64,000 bases of DNA from a virus: positions 64,001 to 128,000 of the IMG/VR virus record IMGVR_UViG_3300033485_000002, one strand, 5' to 3'. A model generated the notes under the pieces. That model was not told where the DNA came from, ran no database searches, and worked only from the letters and a program-made list of their open reading frames with translations. The position numbers and the translations under genes were made by a program. Positions 38,148 to 48,863 of the stretch are shown here, in pieces (the first letter of the stretch is position 1; each line of letters starts with the position of its first letter).

Positions 38148-38537
38148 ATGGCCGTGAAGCAGATGAAGCAGCAGAAGTTCAAGAAGGGCCAGAAGGTTGC
38201 CTGGGGATCACAGGCGGGGGGCATCCGTACCACCAAGAAGGGCACGGTTGTCGCGGTAGTGAATACGCCGATGATTGATTTGCCCAAGACCGAGAAGCTG
38301 GCGATCCTTCGAGAGCTTCACCCGGAGTTGTCGAAGAAGGAGCTTGAGCGGAAGGCGATGTTCGTCACCACGGAGCAGGCGTTGAGTGAACAGTACCATC
38401 TGAAGTTTTCTCCGCTTGAGGGCTGGCGGGATAAGAGGAAGGAGCCGGTCCACTATCTGGTGGCTGTGGACCGAGGGCCGAAGCGCAAGAAGGCGCTGTA
38501 CCATCCGGTGACCAAGCATCTGACTCCGATCAAGTAA
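38148..38537 (+). CDS. Basic SH3/KOW-like hypothetical protein
   Basis: FKKGQKVAW.SQAGG....K.G.VV...Y.P; AAGGAG RBS. Confidence 0.6.
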   Translation: MAVKQMKQQKFKKGQKVAWGSQAGGIRTTKKGTVVAVVNTPMIDLPKTEKLAILRELHPELSKKELERKAMFVTTEQALSEQYHLKFSPLEGWRDKRKEPVHYLVAVDRGPKRKKALYHPVTKHLTPIK

Positions 38538-38560
38538 CTGGAAGAGGGAGAGTGTGGTGC

Positions 38561-38596
38561 GCCCCCATGGTTTCGGCCATGGGGGCTTTGTCTTTC
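38561..38596 (+). terminator. Intrinsic terminator
   Basis: GCCCCCATGG-tttcgg-CCATGGGGGC-TTTGTCTTT. Confidence 0.75.
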
Positions 38597-39238
38597 AAGG
38601 GTGCATAGTTAATTGTGGATAGAATGGGTTTTATTTAAGGAGTCTATTCGCCAGGATAACCTATTAGTAGGTGAGTTATATCACGCAATATAAATCATAA
38701 GTGCATCATATGTCGCCACCATGTATATGAGATAACATAACGCAGCATTGACAGATGGGGTGAGACGCAATATGAGCCAGTATGATAGACGATATGACGG
38801 CCCCCCTGCTGGTGAGCTGCGCCGGTATCCGACGCCTCCCATGCCCCAGGACTTCCATGTAAATCTGCCTTCTCCCAAGGGGGCAGTGCATCCGAAGCAG
38901 CTATATTCTTTAACTAGAGGGAAATGGGACGCCAAATCGTACTCTCCGTTCGTTGGGAGAGCGTTGAGGCTGTGGACTCGGGAGTTCGCTGCGGATCACG
39001 TTATCAAAAGACTTAAAGCGTTATTGATGATCGATGATCGGACGGGTGTGGTGTGGGTGGAGGAGCAGGCAACCAAATGTCAACTTAGCCCCGAGTTTTC
39101 CAACCCCTGGTGCTTATTGAACTGGTTGGAGTATGTGGGGCTGACCCGAGGGTGGCTGATGGTCCACTCGTGGGAGAACCGTTATAAGGAACGAGGCGAG
39201 GAAGTTACTCGCCGTGTATTTGAACTTCGGAGGATTTG

Positions 39239-40078
39239 ATGTCTAAAGTGATCCATCTCAGTGACTTGCATGTCGGAAAGGAGGATAAGGATTACCGTAA
39301 GTGGCGCAAAGTCATGTATTACATCCAGGAGATGCATCCGCATGTCCCGGTGCTTATTACTGGCGATATCACTGATAGTGGCTCGGAGTTCCAGTTCGAG
39401 ATGGCGCGGGAGTGGGTGGGTGAGTTGGCGGTTTCAAACCCGGTGCTGATGGTTCCCGGCAACCATGACTATGCCTTCAAAGGCATGTTTCCCTTCCACT
39501 GTGCAGCTACCAACTTCGACAAGTGGTACAAGTACTGCGGCGATCCGCTCGGGTTTCGGTATGCCCCCGACATCCTGAACATGTGGAGGCCCGCAGAGCC
39601 TGCTTTTGAGGGCTATGGCTGCTTTCAGCTTGACGACCACATGATGGCCTTCTATGTGGACTCGGGCGATCCTAGACGGCGTGCAGGCTGTGCCAAGGGG
39701 TGGATTAGCCCCGGCATGTGCAGCACGCTGGCAAATGAGCTGCCCCAGTACGTGTCCTACACCCGGATCGTGATGCTGCACCATCACCCGTTCAGCCACA
39801 CCTTTTATCGTGGGCTGGAGGGATGGGCTAACTTCATGCAGGTGTTACGGGGCAATTGTGAGCTGTTGCTGTTTGGTCATGAGCATCGTTTCGGTGTGTG
39901 GCAGCAGTCGTATCTGCAAAATTATGAAGATTGGGGTATCGAGTGTATTGTCTCGTCCCATCGCACTTTGAACAAGGTATCCGGCACTTTCGGGGTGATC
40001 ACGGTCATCGAGATTGACAACCCCGGTACCCCGCATGTGAAGTTCCGCCCGGTGCTCGAAACGGTAGATTTCAGCTAA
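39239..40078 (+). CDS. Calcineurin-like metallophosphoesterase (CpdA/Icc-like)
   Basis: HLSDLH, TGDITD, PGNHD, LHHHP, GHEH. Confidence 0.85.
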   Translation: MSKVIHLSDLHVGKEDKDYRKWRKVMYYIQEMHPHVPVLITGDITDSGSEFQFEMAREWVGELAVSNPVLMVPGNHDYAFKGMFPFHCAATNFDKWYKYCGDPLGFRYAPDILNMWRPAEPAFEGYGCFQLDDHMMAFYVDSGDPRRRAGCAKGWISPGMCSTLANELPQYVSYTRIVMLHHHPFSHTFYRGLEGWANFMQVLRGNCELLLFGHEHRFGVWQQSYLQNYEDWGIECIVSSHRTLNKVSGTFGVITVIEIDNPGTPHVKFRPVLETVDFS

Positions 40079-42076
40079 TGGTGTGAACTATTGACAACAT
40101 CGATATGTTCATTGACAATAGGAGAAGGAGAGCTAGTGCGGGAAAAGAGGCCACCATGCCGTTAAAGGGAAAGCTAGTTGTAGCTATGCGTTTCGAGGTG
40201 CCGGTGAGCGAGCGGATGTACGCTGCCACACTGCGGGACAAGGGTGCCGTGACGGTGGAGGACATTCTGTCGGTGGAAGAGCAGAACTACCTCGCGGACA
40301 ATGACACCTACCTGTCGGCGATCCTGGAGCATGTGACCGAAGTGTCGTTCAGCTTCGAGCCTACAAAGGAGCGGTGGGATGATAGACCTTCAAGCGAACG
40401 GTGACATCATCATGATGGACGACATCGAGGAGGATAGCGCGGCTGCTCGGGTGGCTACCCTGCTGAAGCAGGTGAACGATCTGGAACGCAGGATGGAGAA
40501 CATGACCCTGCTGCACCAGCAAGCGATGCAACGTCAGGAGCTGGAGCACAAGAAGCAGATCGGGGAGCTGTACGATGAGTTGCTGGCGAAGACCAAGCAC
40601 TTGAGCAGGGTGCAAGAGAGCGTGTTCGCGCTGCGGCGGAAGATCACCGAGTTGTTCGGTGAGGTGTTCAATACTTTGGAGATCCCGACTCCTCCCGCTA
40701 CAAACAACATGAATACATTTACTGTAGAGACAACTAAAGATATCCGGTTAGATGACCGATAGGTGTTTCTGCATCTAATAGGAGTATTGGGTGGTATACC
40801 ATGTATTGTTCATTTACACTCCTTACAAAGAGCCGGAACGTTGGGTGCAGGGGCACAAATCCTTTGAGTGGGACACTCGGCCTGTAACATGGGAGGAGAT
40901 GCAACTTGTGTATCGCTTTCTAAAGTTACATAAGCAAGCGAGTCATGTGTACATCTATGGCATCAAGACAGATGCAGAGTACCAAGCACATCCACATAGG
41001 TGCGTATACAGCAAAGGACCACGTAAGCTGAATAAGGAGGAGGAAGGGGAATATGGCGACGTTGCGTGCGGCTCAGGTTCAGAAAATTAGGAGCCAATGG
41101 CGAGGCAACGGAGGGGATAAGACACTGTATGAGCTTAAGCAACTTTACGAGATGACGGTCAACGAGATGTATTGCATTCTGTCCACATGTGATTTCGAGG
41201 CGATGCGGCGAGCGAACAGTAGGCACGGGTGGAAGGTCCACTCGTACCGAGAGGTGGCATAATGGTCCGATTCCGTGGTGTTCCACGTACGAGGGTCAAG
41301 TATGAGCCTCGTTACAAGACGAAGCGGCAACCAGTAGGTGCAGCAACAAAGTCAACAGTGCTGGCCAGATCGGTGAGAAGAGCCATGGACGCATATCAGA
41401 AGTTGCATTCAGACCCGGACAAGATGCCTATGCGCGGGCGGACTCTTTGGACCGCCTATTACGGGGGGCAACAGGTCTCCATTCGGGCGTCGGCAGTGTC
41501 GCCCCATCAGACCATTCGCCGGATGCTGATCGAGCACCTGGGCTACAATCCGGGGGAGATTATGCTCGTGCAGGCTGGTGGCCTGGGGCAGTACTACGAC
41601 GAGGCCGATAGCCAGTGTGAGGTGGATATCGACCTGTTGCATGAGGACGAGCAGACAGAAAGTTCTCCGTGATTTAGGCTGTCTTGTAAAGTTTTGCGCA
41701 GCTACCTCTTTATTTCTTAGAGGTGCGCAATATGAGCCTTTATGCGTTAACTCAAAATGGTAATCGTGCTCTACTCTTCAGTTTCCTAAAAACCGCTGTA
41801 GTCATCGTTGTTTTCGGTATGATCGTCATAGGGTTTTTAGGAACGCTTTAGTTCCTCTCATGCTTCGCACCTATCCTTTTTCTACAGGGTGCGCCCACCT
41901 ACAAGCGTGAGCTTTACTCCGTTTCAACATAGTCCTTGATCTTGACACCCTTGCCCTTTATTGGTGTGGAAAGGGTGCGTTGAGTTCCGGAAAAAGAAAG
42001 GGCAGTAGCCGACCACGGTTAAGGTCGAGGGTTTTGTCCAAGTTATGTAGTAACAAGCTCCTTTATTTCCTGGAGG

Positions 42077-43945
42077 ATGACCGCCAGGATGGCTAAGCGT
42101 CTAACCGAAATTGCCGTAGACCGCATCACCCCGGCTATGGAGAAGACTGTCAAAATGCTTGACCGCATTATGCGGAACAAGGTCAAGAAGTATGGTGCTT
42201 CTCAGCTTGTGACAAAGAGTAAGCGGTTTGGTAAGGATGCCTTTTTCAACGAGTATAAGGGTAGGGTCATTCGTTTAGGCGGGGGCACTGGCCCGACTGT
42301 TCATGTAACTCGTCTTAGAAAGCCAGCTAAGCTGCGTAAGCATAGGGAAATCCCCGGAGGACAGTTTGACGATTTGAACAATGCGGTAACTATCAATCCG
42401 TCAATTTTTCGGGGCAGCCCAGAGTCGTCACAAAATACTATTGCTCATGAGCTATTTCATAGTACAGATCCTGGTGCTTTGATATCAAGAAGTTACAAAT
42501 TAGGGTCAAAGGGGTACTATCAAGACCCTGCGGAAGTCTCAGCCATAGCTGCAACTGGTTCATTAAGAACTGTTCGCCATTTTCATCAAAACGATATACC
42601 TGACAAAGTTGCCAGGATGAAGATTTCCAGTCGGAACCGAGACGATTGGAGAGATCCCCATCTGTGGATGCTAATGCAGAAGAATAGTGGAAGTTCTAAA
42701 GTAGAGAGGAAGATCCGTCAAAAGGTGGGGAAGAACCTTCATCGAGCTTATGAGCGGGTATACCGCCCCGAGACGTATGTGCCTCGGGCGGTTAAACGGG
42801 CGAAGCTGCCCGAGGGGTTGGCTGAAGCCGTTTCCAAGTGGACTCGGCAGGGGTTGCGTCAGAAGTGGAGCATTTCTCCGACTGTTGATACCCATGTTCC
42901 TAATCCGGAATTCGATCAAGTGTTCTCCTTGTGGCAGATGCAGCACCCTCACAAGAAGGTTGTGGGGAATACTTTGAAGATGGCTAACGAACGTCGTGCG
43001 GCTGTGAGTAAACGTAAGAAACTACCGGAGGATATGAACATGCCCGAGCGTGAAGAGCTGTTAGAGCGTGCCCATGCTTTCTTGAACGAGGGACCAGGAG
43101 CCTATGTGAACTCATTGATTGGTATGGCTCCTCATCAGGAGAATCGGGGGCCAACGTATGAGAAAGCCTACAAAACGTACCAGCACCGGGCAAGAAAAGG
43201 AGCGGTGATCGGGGCTGTGACTGGTGCCGCTGCGGGGTTTGCTGGTGGGGCGCTTGCTGGTGGGATAACTGCGCCTTTTGGAGCTGTGGTTGGGGCACTC
43301 GGTGGTGGTGCTGCTGGGAGTGCAATGGGGCAATATTCTGCTTATCGGAAGATAAAAAAAGCTTCTTACCCGAAACCCGTTAAGCCCACTACCGAAGAGC
43401 TTCTCGACCGTGCCGCTGAGTTTTTGAATGAGGTTGTATCTCGGAAGACTAGAGCCGAGTTGAGTGGGCCGTGGGATGAGCCAGAGGGCAATTACTCATC
43501 TCGGGACCATTTGGCATTGTTAGCTAGTAACCCAGGGGACTGGATGGGGTCAAGGGAGCAACAAGCGGCTCAGAACACCTTACAGATGAACAAAGAACGA
43601 ATGGACGCTTATTCTGCTCAGACTGACGCTGCTATTAAGGGTGATTGGTTTAAGGAGCGTCTTTCGGGTAAAACTCGTAAAGAGATAAAGAATGCTTTTA
43701 AACGTTCGGGAGTAGCTTATCCCCATGGACGGCATCCTCGTAAAGATCGTAGAGGTGGTAGTCTTGACACGCTTATGACCCAATGGCGGAAAGAGCATCC
43801 AACGGAAGAGCTATTAACCCAAGCTCGTGCTTTCTTGGATGAAATTGTTGCCCCTCAACCATCTCTTTCGCAAAGGGTGGAACGGGCAAAAAAGAAGGGG
43901 CCATTGGGTCAGATGTTGGACCCCTACGCCCATGTTAAGTTTTAA
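42077..43945 (+). CDS. Basic modular protein (HExxH module, Gly-rich hydrophobic hairpin, three EELL.RA..FL.E-type linkers); putative head-internal protein
   Basis: IAHELFH; GAVIGAVTGAAAGFAGGALAGG; EELLERAHAFLNE, EELLDRAAEFLNE, EELLTQARAFLDE. Confidence 0.6.
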   Translation: MTARMAKRLTEIAVDRITPAMEKTVKMLDRIMRNKVKKYGASQLVTKSKRFGKDAFFNEYKGRVIRLGGGTGPTVHVTRLRKPAKLRKHREIPGGQFDDLNNAVTINPSIFRGSPESSQNTIAHELFHSTDPGALISRSYKLGSKGYYQDPAEVSAIAATGSLRTVRHFHQNDIPDKVARMKISSRNRDDWRDPHLWMLMQKNSGSSKVERKIRQKVGKNLHRAYERVYRPETYVPRAVKRAKLPEGLAEAVSKWTRQGLRQKWSISPTVDTHVPNPEFDQVFSLWQMQHPHKKVVGNTLKMANERRAAVSKRKKLPEDMNMPEREELLERAHAFLNEGPGAYVNSLIGMAPHQENRGPTYEKAYKTYQHRARKGAVIGAVTGAAAGFAGGALAGGITAPFGAVVGALGGGAAGSAMGQYSAYRKIKKASYPKPVKPTTEELLDRAAEFLNEVVSRKTRAELSGPWDEPEGNYSSRDHLALLASNPGDWMGSREQQAAQNTLQMNKERMDAYSAQTDAAIKGDWFKERLSGKTRKEIKNAFKRSGVAYPHGRHPRKDRRGGSLDTLMTQWRKEHPTEELLTQARAFLDEIVAPQPSLSQRVERAKKKGPLGQMLDPYAHVKF

Positions 43946-43960
43946 TGAGGTAATAAGAAG

Positions 43961-44557
43961 ATGAACCCGAACATCGTTAGAGCCGCAGTGACTGCCGTGA
44001 AGTCGGGTTCGCATACGCCGAATCATGTGATTGCCCTGCGTAAGGCGCATACCTTCTTGTCGGCTAACAAGTCCCACGCTTGGAACAAAAGTCCCTCACT
44101 CCATCAGGCTTTCAACAAGGTTGGGTTAGGCATAAAGACGGAGAGTGCTATGAGCAAGGATAAGGCATTGTTTGCCCAGGTTGTTAACCATCTGATTGAG
44201 GAAGAGGGCAAGAAGAAAGCCCGTAAGCCTTGGCCGATCCGGCCCAGTGAGTTGAGCGGGATGATCAAAGCCAGCCGTGATAAGAAATGGGGTTATGGGC
44301 TTTCGGTGGCGGTGAACCATCCAGAGGTGGGGCAGGTGACCTTCGACAAGTTCTTCAATAAGCCGAACCAAGTGGGGCACCGGTTGGATACGCGCTCCTT
44401 CAGTGATCAGGAGCGGCTTGTGAACTTTCTCAGACGGTATGGAGTGGAGCCTACGATCAAGGGGCCATCCGCAGGTGGGGAAGCTGCTCCGGTCGGCAAG
44501 AAGACCAAGAAGACCAAGAAGCTGAAGGAAACGCTTGATGAGGACCGCGAGTTCTAA
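43961..44557 (+). CDS. Basic hypothetical protein
   Basis: GAGG RBS; AQVVNHLIEE linker-like motif. Confidence 0.6.
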   Translation: MNPNIVRAAVTAVKSGSHTPNHVIALRKAHTFLSANKSHAWNKSPSLHQAFNKVGLGIKTESAMSKDKALFAQVVNHLIEEEGKKKARKPWPIRPSELSGMIKASRDKKWGYGLSVAVNHPEVGQVTFDKFFNKPNQVGHRLDTRSFSDQERLVNFLRRYGVEPTIKGPSAGGEAAPVGKKTKKTKKLKETLDEDREF

Positions 44558-44559
44558 GC

Positions 44560-47238
44560 ATGGGCAAGTGGTCGCTTCTTGAGGTTCGAGGCTTCCCGAG
44601 CATCACCGGGGAGGAGCTGTTGCAGCTTGTCCAGGATGCTCGGTTCAGGGGCGGGAACACACTCAGCTTCAGGGTGGACATCGATGACCCGGTCAAGGGT
44701 TTGTTGTCCTTTCGGCGTTTCCTTGGTAACGGTACCAGTCGAGTCGAGATCCGATCTTTTGCTAACCGGGACAAGCTGATCGCGTTCCTCGGTGAGCATG
44801 GCGTACGTTATAACGTACGGCACCATGTACATGAGGATGTGGGCCACACCTTTACCAGACAGGCTACTGGGATTCCTTTCTACGTTAACGGCAACTTTGA
44901 AGTTTGTATCGGAAAGCCGGGGCAGTTCCACGCCACGATGAAGGGCTATGAAGCTGATGAGCGTACCAAGGGCGTGTTCGCCCGTGGTTACTATCATTCG
45001 GCAAGGCCGATTCAGGATGTGCCATCTGCGTTGCAGTGGTGGACAGAACATCTGCATGATGCCGCAACAATGCAGGAGTTAGAGAGAATAGCGACAGAGG
45101 CTTTTGAGAAAAAGGGATACAGGGTGGAAGAGCCTAACTGGTCCAAGTGGTTGAAGAGGCGCAAAGAGCAAGAGTTTGTGGCACTGCGCAGAGCGGGGAA
45201 GGTCATGCAGCGAGAGGGAGCTATCGAACGAGCTGTTGACCAGCTACTCCATGAACATGAAGCAAAATATACCGGTTATTCTCCATTTGGTGGGGGGATT
45301 AGATCTAAAGAAGCACAATCTCATATGAAAAGACTTGGAGGAGAACTTCGTAAGGAGAAGGGGTTATCATATCTTTTATACCCTGAGTATTACGGCCACT
45401 GTGCTCACTGTCGTCAAGATGACAGTAAAATGTGGTTAACGTCGCATAGACAGTGGAGTAAACTTCCTTTAGAACATCGAGATAAAGTGTTATGTGTGAA
45501 TTGTTTTCGCAAATTAAGTAATCTAAAAGAAGTACATGATATTACCCAAAAGGTTTATAGCGAAGCGGTTGACCATTTGCTTGAGGGGGTTCAGGTGACA
45601 TCAGGTCAAGCTCGACGAGTGGCTGAGCGTATCGGGGCGAATAAGGTTGACCTGGAGCAGCTCCGTCGAGGGCTTGAGGTTGAGCAGGAGCACGGGGACA
45701 AGGACAAGCAGACGGATGTGGTCCCTGGCAAAGATGCTAAAAACCTTGACACCTTCGGCAAGATCGCCTTGGCTCACCTGAAAGAGATTCCGGACTACTA
45801 CACCCGGCTCGCCAAGATGGAGAAGGTAGGCAAGAAGGCGGTCAAGGAAGCGGTAGAGCATCTGCTTCGTGAAGATTCTATAGCTGACACTCTTCAGACT
45901 ATGCTTGCGAAACATCGTAGTACAAAGGTTCGGATCAAAAATCGTCCACCGGTACGAGTAGTTGTCCGTCATAAAGCAACATCTAGATCTCTTACAGGGG
46001 CTTATTATCACCCTGGGGAGCAACAGGTATACGTTGGTAAAAAGGGGAAGAAATTTTCGCCTTTTGAGCGAACAATTTTAGCGCATGAGCTGGGACATCA
46101 CCGGAATTGGAGCCATGTCCCACTTTCTCCGCAGGGGAAAATGAAAATGGCATCAACTGCTCAGGCAGCGTACCAAGCTGGGGCGCTTGCAGGTACGGTA
46201 GGAGCGCTTGGTGCAAAGACTGATAAACAGGCGAAGGCAGCGGCGACTATTGGCACGGTGGCGGCATTACCTCGTTATGGGGATGAGGCGTTGGCTAATG
46301 CACGTGCGCTTGGGCGTACTGTAGCGAAACACGGAGCGCGGGGGCTTTTAGCAGGTAAAGCAGGCCCATTACGTGCTGTTGGTGTGAGTATGGCTAGTTA
46401 TAGCATGTTGCCTGCTATGCCTTGGTTAGCTTATGCCCATCGTCGAGCAATTAGAAAGTCGGCAAACTATCATGCTCTTCAATCAAGAACCCGGAAACAA
46501 ATTCAACATGCTGTTCAACATGGGGAGAGCACAAGGCGTTTAGCTAAAAAGTATGATGTGACGCGGCGGTCTGTGCGGGCGATGGGCAAGAGTACTCGGA
46601 CACCTAAGCCATCGTGGCATAGTCATTCTCCTTACTATGGTTATTTTCTTCAAACAGCTAAAAAGCAACGTCATGGGGTCAAGGAAGCGGTAGAGCATCT
46701 GCTTCGTGAAGGCAGGTTCGATTACAAGTCCTCGGTGGGGGTACAGAGTCAGTTTGCCCCGCAGCAGAAGATGACGTTGCAGAGAGCGGTTAACACGAAT
46801 AAGTATTCGGCACCGAAGGCTTCACAGCAAGCGGTTAAGCCGCAGGTATCGAAGCAACAGGAAGTCAAAGAAGCTGCGGATCAGATGCTTGCCGAGGGGT
46901 TCTTCAAAGATATGTTGTTCTACGACCTGTCCCGACATCACCCTCGTGCCGGTAGGCGGGCTGAGCACATGCGTCCAGCGTCTTCAAAGCCTAAGCCAGC
47001 TTATGAGCCTATGGGGCGGTATAACCCGGCTACGGTGTATCCGGAAGGGCACCCGATGCATCCAGGTACGGTGAAGGCTCCTAGCCCGATAGCAACAACG
47101 GCAAGTAGTTCAGCAAAAGCAGGTACGGCAAAGAAGCTTTTTACGCGACGGAGTGCAGCGGTTTTGGCAGTTCCGCTATTAGCTGTAGGCGGCACGAAAG
47201 CGTATGAGGCATGGGCGACTCGTCGTAAGAAAAAGTAG
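44560..47238 (+). CDS. Modular protein with DUF5661-like module, HExxH peptidase-like module and Zn-finger module, separated by EAV(E/D)HLL.E linkers
   Basis: GLEVEQEH...KIALAHLKEIPDYYTRLAKME; ILAHELGH...EA.A; CAHC...CVNC; five linker copies. Confidence 0.65.
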   Translation: MGKWSLLEVRGFPSITGEELLQLVQDARFRGGNTLSFRVDIDDPVKGLLSFRRFLGNGTSRVEIRSFANRDKLIAFLGEHGVRYNVRHHVHEDVGHTFTRQATGIPFYVNGNFEVCIGKPGQFHATMKGYEADERTKGVFARGYYHSARPIQDVPSALQWWTEHLHDAATMQELERIATEAFEKKGYRVEEPNWSKWLKRRKEQEFVALRRAGKVMQREGAIERAVDQLLHEHEAKYTGYSPFGGGIRSKEAQSHMKRLGGELRKEKGLSYLLYPEYYGHCAHCRQDDSKMWLTSHRQWSKLPLEHRDKVLCVNCFRKLSNLKEVHDITQKVYSEAVDHLLEGVQVTSGQARRVAERIGANKVDLEQLRRGLEVEQEHGDKDKQTDVVPGKDAKNLDTFGKIALAHLKEIPDYYTRLAKMEKVGKKAVKEAVEHLLREDSIADTLQTMLAKHRSTKVRIKNRPPVRVVVRHKATSRSLTGAYYHPGEQQVYVGKKGKKFSPFERTILAHELGHHRNWSHVPLSPQGKMKMASTAQAAYQAGALAGTVGALGAKTDKQAKAAATIGTVAALPRYGDEALANARALGRTVAKHGARGLLAGKAGPLRAVGVSMASYSMLPAMPWLAYAHRRAIRKSANYHALQSRTRKQIQHAVQHGESTRRLAKKYDVTRRSVRAMGKSTRTPKPSWHSHSPYYGYFLQTAKKQRHGVKEAVEHLLREGRFDYKSSVGVQSQFAPQQKMTLQRAVNTNKYSAPKASQQAVKPQVSKQQEVKEAADQMLAEGFFKDMLFYDLSRHHPRAGRRAEHMRPASSKPKPAYEPMGRYNPATVYPEGHPMHPGTVKAPSPIATTASSSAKAGTAKKLFTRRSAAVLAVPLLAVGGTKAYEAWATRRKKK
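45840..46711 (+). repeat. 35-bp exact direct repeat (45840-45874 and 46677-46711) flanking an in-frame module
   Basis: GGTCAAGGAAGCGGTAGAGCATCTGCTTCGTGAAG occurs twice, 837 bp apart. Confidence 0.9.
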
Positions 47239-47295
47239 TTTATCTTGTTGGGACTAGCGATGTAGCTTTATTCTAGGGAGTATAGGAGACTTAAA

Positions 47296-48099
47296 ATGGC
47301 TAAGCAAAAAACTGTATCCTCTAAAGAACATGCAGCGCAAAGTAGAAGGTGGTTAGCCCAAGTTGGAACAGGGGGACTTGGTGGCTATATGGGGGGGCGT
47401 GCTATTGGGTCTGCTATCCCTACTAGTAGTATGACTGCGAAAGCTGCACTTATGACTGCTGGTGGAGTTGGTGGGGCAGTTGGTGGGTATTATGCTGCCA
47501 AATCTCATTTAGGACAGGACTTAAAGCAAATGGAGCGAAGTCCTAATAAGCCAAAGGCAGCTAAAGCTTTTGCTGCTAATCATCCGGTTGCAGCGGTAAT
47601 GATCCTGCCGAAGAATAAGTTTCAACAGCAAAAGTTAGCTTCTCGTGGTACTGGTGGGCACATAGGGCATGCTCTCCTCCGAAATATGGGGGGCGGCCCA
47701 ATGAATATTATCCGGTATGGGGCAAAATCCCATTACGCTAAAGCCGGATATTATCGAGAGGAAGATATGCTTAGAGATGAGCTGATTGAGCAGATTCTAG
47801 TAGCTGCTTTAGACGAAGGTAAGCTCCAGGATCTCGATCAAGCGCTTCATCGTCAGCGGAAGTTTAAGAGCAGGGGGCTTCAGAAGGCTGACAAGTTCTT
47901 ACACCGCCGCCCAGCACAGGATGTTGGACGAGCTGCCCGTCGTGTGAAGCGTGTTGCTAGTGGTGCGGCGCATAAGGCTGTCCGTGGGCTGAAACGAACG
48001 GATCGTAAGCTGCACCGTTCTTATCAATTTAAGAATAAGGGATTGAAGAAGGTGGACAGGTTCCTGCATCGGAAGATTGCCGAGGCTGAACTTGCATGA
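47296..48099 (+). CDS. Basic Gly-rich protein, putative head-internal protein
   Basis: Gly-zipper-like segments; RDELIEQILVAALDE; internal KF(K/Q)..GL.K.D.FLHR-type repeat. Confidence 0.6.
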   Translation: MAKQKTVSSKEHAAQSRRWLAQVGTGGLGGYMGGRAIGSAIPTSSMTAKAALMTAGGVGGAVGGYYAAKSHLGQDLKQMERSPNKPKAAKAFAANHPVAAVMILPKNKFQQQKLASRGTGGHIGHALLRNMGGGPMNIIRYGAKSHYAKAGYYREEDMLRDELIEQILVAALDEGKLQDLDQALHRQRKFKSRGLQKADKFLHRRPAQDVGRAARRVKRVASGAAHKAVRGLKRTDRKLHRSYQFKNKGLKKVDRFLHRKIAEAELA

Positions 48100-48209
48100 G
48101 CGGTAAAGAGTAGTATATTACCTTTTGAAGGTAAGGCAGGTGGGTGTTGGCACAACTGCCACCCCGGCCCCCCATATCACCAACACGGGGACCGGGGCCT
48201 TCTTTTTTT

Positions 48210-48281
48210 AGGGGCATGGTGTAATCGGTAGCACGCAACACTTTGGATGTTGTGGTTGGGGTTCAAGTCCCTGTGCCCCTG
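48210..48281 (+). tRNA. tRNA-Gln(TTG)
   Basis: AGGGGCA/TGCCCCT acceptor stem, CAACA-CT-TTG-GA-TGTTG, GTTCAAGTC. Confidence 0.85.
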
Positions 48282-48745
48282 TTTCGGATTTAGTGTGGGG
48301 GTCTTTTACTATGGAAAGTGGCAAGATGCTTTACCTTCTTGTGCAACGCACGGAAGTTCTTCATGGGCATAATGATATCTACGCTGGTGTTTTCGAACTG
48401 CGCTCAGATGCGGAAGCGGCTATTGCCCAACAACCTATCAACTTGCGTTGGCAGTTCGTGATCTATCCGGTCATGTTTAAGCGGCTACGTACTCCGGAGT
48501 ATTCGCCTCCGTAGTCTTTATTGCATGGGGTGGGATGACCAGTTTACTGTACCTCGGGGCGCTGTTGTTGCTGCTGCTGGTCTGTATCGCTGTCACGAAT
48601 ACCCGCTCCAGTGTTCGTTGCCCTGCTTGTGGGACAATGATGCGGCGGATGGCGAATGCTGGATGGGGCATGACGCTGTATATCTGTCCTATTTGCAAGA
48701 AGTACTTCTATGAAGACGAGGTTGGATAGTTGCGGTTGCACGGGC

Positions 48746-48774
48746 TTGACAAAGATGCTCACGTCATCTACGAT
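48746..48774 (+). promoter_or_regulatory. Sigma70-like promoter
   Basis: TTGACA-17 nt-TACGAT. Confidence 0.6.
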
Positions 48775-48863
48775 TTAGGGGTCATGGGGATGCCCGTTAA
48801 CGCAGCTAAGAGACCTTGAACCGGCCCGCCGTCAGGCGGGTCTTATCATGAAAGGATGACATT

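Noticed and set aside
41850-42076. Possible ncRNA in the intergenic gap before 42077
   Set aside because: Only short hairpins and a TTGACA; no recognisable RNA family or periodicity
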